From Spirochaetota bacterium (GTDB taxonomy: Bacteria; Spirochaetota; UBA4802; JAFGDQ01), in contig JAZDKB010000006.1 in the NCBI GenBank assembly GCA_043803405.1, positions 32,001 through 96,000 of the forward strand: a stretch of DNA of 64,000 nucleotides. The letters are read 5' to 3'. Shown piece after piece: positions 58,956 through 64,000 of this stretch (positions are counted from its first letter, which is position 1; every line of letters begins with the position of its first letter). The notes under the pieces are model-generated. The model saw only the letters and a program-made list of their open reading frames with translations, made no database searches and was not told where the DNA came from. The translations under genes and the position numbers were made by a program.

Positions 58956-60533
58956 ATGAAAGTCGTTACAGCCGAAGAAATGCAGAGAATCGACAGGATC
59001 ACGATTGATGATACAGGTATTCCGGGTGAAGTGCTAATGGGATATGCCGGCAAATCAATAGCCGACTATGTAATTTCTTCCTTCGATTCATTAAAAAAAA
59101 TAGCCGTATTTTCCGGGACAGGGAATAACGGAGGTGACGGCTTTGTCATTGCGTATTTTCTTTTTAACAGGGGATTTGAAGTAGATATATATATAGCGGG
59201 AGATATTCATAAGATTTCAGATACTTCAAATGTATATCTGAACGTATGCAGAAAAAGCAGCATCAAAATTATTTTGATTGAAGACGAATTGGATAAAATT
59301 AACCTTGAGTGCTATGACCTGATAATTGACGCATTGCTGGGTACCGGTTTCAGGGGAAGCCCCAGGGGTGTCGTAAAGGATGTTATTGAGAAAGTTAACG
59401 ACTCTTCTGTAGAAGTGCTCTCTGTAGATTTGCCGAGCGGCCTTCCTTCCGACGGCGAGGCTCCCCGGGGTGCTGTTGTGAATGCTGACTATACTGTTAC
59501 GATCGGCCTGCCGAAAGTGTCGCTCGTTACGCATCCCGGAATCCGCTACACTGGACGTCTTCACATTACCGATATAGGGTTTCCAGCAACGCTTTCCGCT
59601 TCGCCTGAGCTTCGGATCGATCTTCTTGACAGCGATTATGCAAAGCGGCATATTAATTTATCTCTTGATGCCGATTCGCATAAAGGCAAAGCAGGCCACC
59701 TTTTGCTTGCGGGCGGATTTGACGGCATGGAGGGCGCAATAATAATGTCGGCTATGTCCGCGTTTGAAACAGGTGTAGGCCTTGCGACATTACTTACAAC
59801 GGAAAATGCCAGAAAAATTATTGCAGGCAGGATCCCGGAACTTATTACCAGAACATTGCCTCCCTTTAATCTACAGAATCAACCGGATAATATCCTTAAA
59901 GAAATTACTGATTTTTTTAAAGAAGACAGGCATTATGATGCCATGATTTTAGGCCCTGGTATGGGCAGAACCGGATACGCATCGGTTATATTTAATTTTA
60001 TTATTGATAATATAAAACACAGCGGGATTAAAAAAGTTTTAATTGACGGTGACGGGCTTTATCATTTATCGGAATATTTAAAAACAAAAACCCTGCCAAA
60101 AAATATTTCATTCGTTTTAACTCCTCATTTCAGTGAAGCGTCGAGATTACTTGAAATGCCGGTTGATGAAATAATAAATAACAGGCTTAGTTCTGCAAAA
60201 GAACTGGCTAAACGGACTTCGTCTGTGGTTTTACTTAAGGGTCCGGCGACAATTATTACGGACGGAAACAATACACTGATAAATTCTACAGGAAATCCCG
60301 CACTCGGGACAGCCGGTTCCGGAGACGTTCTTTCAGGTATTATCGGAGCGCTATTTTTAAGGAACATGGCTGTTCCTGATTCTGCAGGCATTGGGGCATA
60401 TGTTCACGGCCTATCAGGAGATATTTATGTTGAAGAGAATAATGTGCAGATTCTAAAAGCGACTGATATTATAAATAATATTCGCCTGTCTCTTGAGATA
60501 ATTATGGAGAATGATGCCGATGTAAATATTTAG
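58956..60533 (+). CDS. nnr: Bifunctional NAD(P)H-hydrate epimerase/dehydratase
   Basis: GNNGGDG, DALLGTG and VDLPSG, then HKG, GPGMG, LTPH..E and AGSGDVLSG. Confidence 0.94.
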   Translation: MKVVTAEEMQRIDRITIDDTGIPGEVLMGYAGKSIADYVISSFDSLKKIAVFSGTGNNGGDGFVIAYFLFNRGFEVDIYIAGDIHKISDTSNVYLNVCRKSSIKIILIEDELDKINLECYDLIIDALLGTGFRGSPRGVVKDVIEKVNDSSVEVLSVDLPSGLPSDGEAPRGAVVNADYTVTIGLPKVSLVTHPGIRYTGRLHITDIGFPATLSASPELRIDLLDSDYAKRHINLSLDADSHKGKAGHLLLAGGFDGMEGAIIMSAMSAFETGVGLATLLTTENARKIIAGRIPELITRTLPPFNLQNQPDNILKEITDFFKEDRHYDAMILGPGMGRTGYASVIFNFIIDNIKHSGIKKVLIDGDGLYHLSEYLKTKTLPKNISFVLTPHFSEASRLLEMPVDEIINNRLSSAKELAKRTSSVVLLKGPATIITDGNNTLINSTGNPALGTAGSGDVLSGIIGALFLRNMAVPDSAGIGAYVHGLSGDIYVEENNVQILKATDIINNIRLSLEIIMENDADVNI

Positions 60534-60659
60534 GAAGAAATGCAGAAGCTCATTTTTATCATGTTAAATACAAGTCATCTCAAAATTAAGATTAATATTC
60601 AATTTAAAGTCAGCTAATAAAATTTTATTTATAAGATGGGGTTAATAATAATTTATTTC

Positions 60660-61202
60660 TTAGAAGGAGCACTTTTTCACAGCCTCAATAAATTCCTTCA
60701 TCATTGTAAGGTTTTTTACTCCGTCTTTTTCGACACTGCTGGAAACATCAACGCCAAAAGGATGAATTTCACGGATAATATCACATACATTGTCCTTGTT
60801 AAGTCCGCCGGCAATCAAAAGCTTATCCGATCTGTTTTTAATCCATTCAGGAAATTTTTTAAAAACACCGCTGCCTGCGCTGGCATCATAAATAAAAAAT
60901 TCATATTTAATACCGGGAGGAGGCATATCTTTTGACGCAAATGCTAGATTGGGCAATTGTCTGATTTCATATATTTGTATATAATCGAAAGCATGTGCAG
61001 CTTCTTCAACATCGCAAAAATTTATACCGACAACAAAAGTTTTAATTCTGCCTTTTGCGTATTCTGCTAATTTTATTGCATTTTCAGGAGGGCAATAGCG
61101 TTTACTTTTTTTGTAAGTGACAATTCCGATTGCATCATATCCGTACTCAATCGCTTTATCTATTTGTTCTTTTGTTTTTAATCCGCAAACCTTAGTGAAC
61201 AT
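60660..61202 (-). CDS. trpF: Phosphoribosylanthranilate isomerase
   Basis: KVCGL, SKRY, GSG, AGGLN and GVDVSSSVE. Confidence 0.88.
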   Translation of the reverse strand: MFTKVCGLKTKEQIDKAIEYGYDAIGIVTYKKSKRYCPPENAIKLAEYAKGRIKTFVVGINFCDVEEAAHAFDYIQIYEIRQLPNLAFASKDMPPPGIKYEFFIYDASAGSGVFKKFPEWIKNRSDKLLIAGGLNKDNVCDIIREIHPFGVDVSSSVEKDGVKNLTMMKEFIEAVKKCSF

Positions 61203-61255
61203 GTATAACTCTCTATTCTTCCAATAGGAATTTCTTTAAGATCTGACGAACAGGA

Positions 61256-61564
61256 TTATACTCTCCTTCTATCGGTAATTACCCTTCGATCGCTTAGGCG
61301 TCTTTCCGTATTAACTTCAATCGTTTCATTTGTTCCTGCGAGTTCCACTTTAACATTGCTAAATCCGATTGTTAATATCCTTCGGTCATTAGCGCGCGCT
61401 GTCCCTCTGTTCATGAATAATCTTCTTTCGTTAATTCGTCTGTCGAACACTCCTCCATGATTACGGGAAAACTTGTAAAATATAAAATATCCTGTAATTA
61501 ATAGAATTTCGATGATTAAAAAAATATAGAATTCTGCATCAAATGCTATTAAATTGTTAAACAT
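61256..61564 (-). CDS. Small single-TM protein with repeated (D/E)RR motifs
   Basis: An N-terminal TM helix, then DRR, ERR, DRR, ERR, DRR and DRRR. GGAG RBS. Confidence 0.65.
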   Translation of the reverse strand: MFNNLIAFDAEFYIFLIIEILLITGYFIFYKFSRNHGGVFDRRINERRLFMNRGTARANDRRILTIGFSNVKVELAGTNETIEVNTERRLSDRRVITDRRRV

Positions 61565-61730
61565 TTTTGAACACTCCGTATTTATTTATTTCAATAAAAT
61601 ACAAATTCAAAAATATCGACAATAATGATATCAGTTAGATATACGGAAAAATTGCAGAAAATATTAGCTATTTTAAACGCTTTGTCAAGAAAATTGGGAA
61701 ACTGCTGCAGGTTAATTTGGTTGTGACAGA

Positions 61731-61776
61731 GGGCGCCGGTGTAATTAATGACTTTTAAACAAAATAACCGGCACCC
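61731..61776 (-). terminator. Hairpin downstream of the CsgG-like gene
   Basis: gggcgccggt…accggcaccc imperfect inverted repeat. Confidence 0.4.
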
Positions 61777-61821
61777 ATACGAATAATGAAATATTATAAT
61801 CCCGGTATAGGTTTTACCATG

Positions 61822-62439
61822 CTATTTGGCTTTAGCAGGTTCAGGCGATGCTGCTTTTGTTTCTTCCTTGGGTCTGGCAGCAGCTTCAGCAGCTTTTTGC
61901 CTGGCTTCTTTCTTTCTCTCAATAGTGTTCATGGCATCAATAACTTCGGAAACCATATCTCTGGCAAGATCATCGTATCTTGGGTTTTTGCCTTCGGCCA
62001 TTCGAATTGTAACCATATGAGTTCCGGTTTCGACGCTTATCATCTTTAATGAAAAAGATTTTATGCAATTGTAGCCTTTAACTTCTTCTGCTGTGCCGCG
62101 TCCCAGAATAATGGCGTCTACTCCGAGCTTTTTCCCAATTGCCGCAGCTTTTCTTTCGTCTATTAAACCTGTCATTGAAAGCTTGTCTTCATCAATCAGT
62201 TTGTCGAGCGCTTCCCTCTCAACTACATCAACTTTTTCGGATTTGACAAACTGATGCGATACAGCGTCGGAGAATTCGGATCCGCATTTTGTGCCTGTTA
62301 TCTGAAAAGGAAAAACAACCACTTTTTCTATCTTTTTCTGTGTGTCGAATTTGTTCGAAACAGCAACATCCAGGCTGGAACATCCGGCAAGGCCTGCAAC
62401 AATAAAGAAAATAGCCGTTAAATTTAATTTGTTTAACAT
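61822..62439 (-). CDS. CsgG/HfaB-like lipoprotein
   Basis: Lipobox LAGC, VVEREALDKLIDE.KLS.TGL, IGKKLGVDAII.G and ISVETG. Confidence 0.78.
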   Translation of the reverse strand: MLNKLNLTAIFFIVAGLAGCSSLDVAVSNKFDTQKKIEKVVVFPFQITGTKCGSEFSDAVSHQFVKSEKVDVVEREALDKLIDEDKLSMTGLIDERKAAAIGKKLGVDAIILGRGTAEEVKGYNCIKSFSLKMISVETGTHMVTIRMAEGKNPRYDDLARDMVSEVIDAMNTIERKKEARQKAAEAAARPKEETKAASPEPAKAK

Positions 62440-62551
62440 CTGGACTCCCTTAATTTAAGCAATTAATTTTTAAACAATGCAGTTAATAAATTAATTGTGT
62501 TGTAAATTTTAAGTCAAACGTAATTTCAATAATAACTGCAATTTATATATA

Positions 62552-62857
62552 TTATTCGATGACGATTCCATTGCCGGTCTTCATGTGCTCGATCTCTATA
62601 CGTTTAACGAACTCAATTCTGCCACGCGAATCGAGTCGAAATCCATTCTCGTTGCACCACTTGGTAAATGTTTCCGGATCGATATCTGCACGAATAGCGA
62701 TATCGCCGCTATCCTTGATTTCTTTGATTTGTCTTTTAACAAAAGCCTGCCACTCTTTAAATGTGGATGGCATATTTTTGGAATCGATAAAGAGATCAAA
62801 CGCTTTGCGATAAGTAATCTCATCCTTGTACCATGCAATTCCTGTGACATTTTTCAT
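62552..62857 (-). CDS. Hypothetical protein
   Basis: 101-aa ORF with an AGGAGG RBS. Confidence 0.7.
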   Translation of the reverse strand: MKNVTGIAWYKDEITYRKAFDLFIDSKNMPSTFKEWQAFVKRQIKEIKDSGDIAIRADIDPETFTKWCNENGFRLDSRGRIEFVKRIEIEHMKTGNGIVIE

Positions 62858-62975
62858 TCCGATACCTCCTTTGGTTTACGATTGTATAAGCAAGCACCCG
62901 GTTTTGGCAAAAGCATATTTTTTTCGGGTATCCGACTTGACGCTATAAGATATTAAATTGATTATAATTATTGTC

Positions 62976-63998
62976 TCATTTTATTGCTAATTTTTTAATT
63001 AAGTTTTTAGGTAAACCATATTTATTTATCATAACTGATATGGTTTTTGCAAGAATATAAGATTCAGACATATAAATGAAACCGCTGTGCTTCTTATCCT
63101 TCGTTCCTCTGGAGTCTTTGGCAATATAATATCCGGTATTATTTTGATCTTTCGCTATTCCAATAATATGCATTATATGATTATCTTCGGAAGCATAATT
63201 ATTAAATAATTCCTGACGGAGTTCCTGGGTCACTTTTTTTTCAGTTTCAGGTGAATTGCAAATACTGTCTTTTTCCGCCTCAGTTCTATCGTACCAGTCT
63301 TTTAACGGAAGAATGGCAATCCCTTTCTTTAAGTTAAAACTTTTTTCACTGGTATCACCTTCCCAGCAGACTGAATATCCGTTTTCTATCGCGTAATTAA
63401 TTACCAGGATAAAATCATTTATTGGCAGATTATAAAATTTACCTAATGACCAGTTATCAGGTATTTCCAGTATGAACCTGGAGTAAAACGGATGGTGCGT
63501 ATAGGAAGTTATTTCTATATAATCGTCCGGATCAATGGCACATTCCTTAAGAAATATTTTAGGCGTGTAGGTCTTTCCGTTATAGATAAAATTTTCCGGA
63601 TGTTTTCCGAGATACGCATCTAAAATCGAGTCAATTGCATTCGGCCATACATTACTTATTTTACCGTTATCATTTTTTACAATCCCGTCAATTGCTCCTC
63701 TTAACACCGCATCCATTTCTATGTGATTGAGTCTTTTATCTTTGAGATATCTGCCTTTATATATTTCCTCAGGCACAATGCCAAACTCTCTGATGACATT
63801 AATCACATCATGGGCGAGGCTGCCGGGTCCAAAAACTGTTTCCCCGTGCATCCTGACATAATTCCTGGTTTTTGATGGATAAGTATATCTTACGATAAAC
63901 ATTTCCGATAAATCGATATCGCCTTTTCCATATCTGATAAGTTCTGTTTCTATAAATGAAATTGTACCAAAGCTCCAGCATGTGGCTGTAAACCCCTG
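62976..63998 (-). CDS. C1 family cysteine aminopeptidase (PepC/bleomycin hydrolase-like), 5'-truncated by the window edge
   Basis: The frame is open to the edge: QGFTATCWSF (catalytic Cys), DLSEMF, EIPDNW and NHIMHIIG (catalytic His). Confidence 0.88.
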   Translation of the reverse strand, partial: QGFTATCWSFGTISFIETELIRYGKGDIDLSEMFIVRYTYPSKTRNYVRMHGETVFGPGSLAHDVINVIREFGIVPEEIYKGRYLKDKRLNHIEMDAVLRGAIDGIVKNDNGKISNVWPNAIDSILDAYLGKHPENFIYNGKTYTPKIFLKECAIDPDDYIEITSYTHHPFYSRFILEIPDNWSLGKFYNLPINDFILVINYAIENGYSVCWEGDTSEKSFNLKKGIAILPLKDWYDRTEAEKDSICNSPETEKKVTQELRQELFNNYASEDNHIMHIIGIAKDQNNTGYYIAKDSRGTKDKKHSGFIYMSESYILAKTISVMINKYGLPKNLIKKLAIK

Positions 63999-64000
63999 AT

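Overview
64 kb of an AT-rich bacterial chromosome, most likely an anaerobic free-living spirochaete. This is inferred from the rplU-prp-rpmA-obgE-(metB-like)-proB synteny, spirochaete-style lipoproteins and MCPs, and O2-sensitive enzymes. Most of the window is housekeeping and signalling genes: recD (partial), phosphoglucomutase, PBP1A, pyrK, thpR, cheB/cheR, an adenylate cyclase, a diguanylate cyclase, a tRNA with CAU anticodon, secA, a glmM-like mutase, nnr, trpF and a partial C1 peptidase. Two regions stand out. (1) At 7.4-13.0 kb on the minus strand, a glycyl-radical enzyme of unassigned class lies with an SCP2-like lipid-binding protein, a short activase, an upstream metallophosphoesterase and a ~175-nt foldable leader. 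(2) At 34.6-39.6 kb, a co-oriented run of accessory genes (TSUP exporter, MNT-HEPN, a lipoprotein, Phd-PIN) is punctuated by GC-rich foldable non-coding elements. Two of these are 154-bp direct repeats (147/154 identical) bracketing the MNT-HEPN pair, and the whole unit sits inside an 8-bp direct repeat; it resembles a cassette array but has no canonical attC sites and no integrase in view. Several families of small palindromic MITE/REP-like elements and a 7x21-bp tandem array are also present. No CRISPR array, rRNA or transposase was seen. All product calls come from motif recognition by eye, not database searches.
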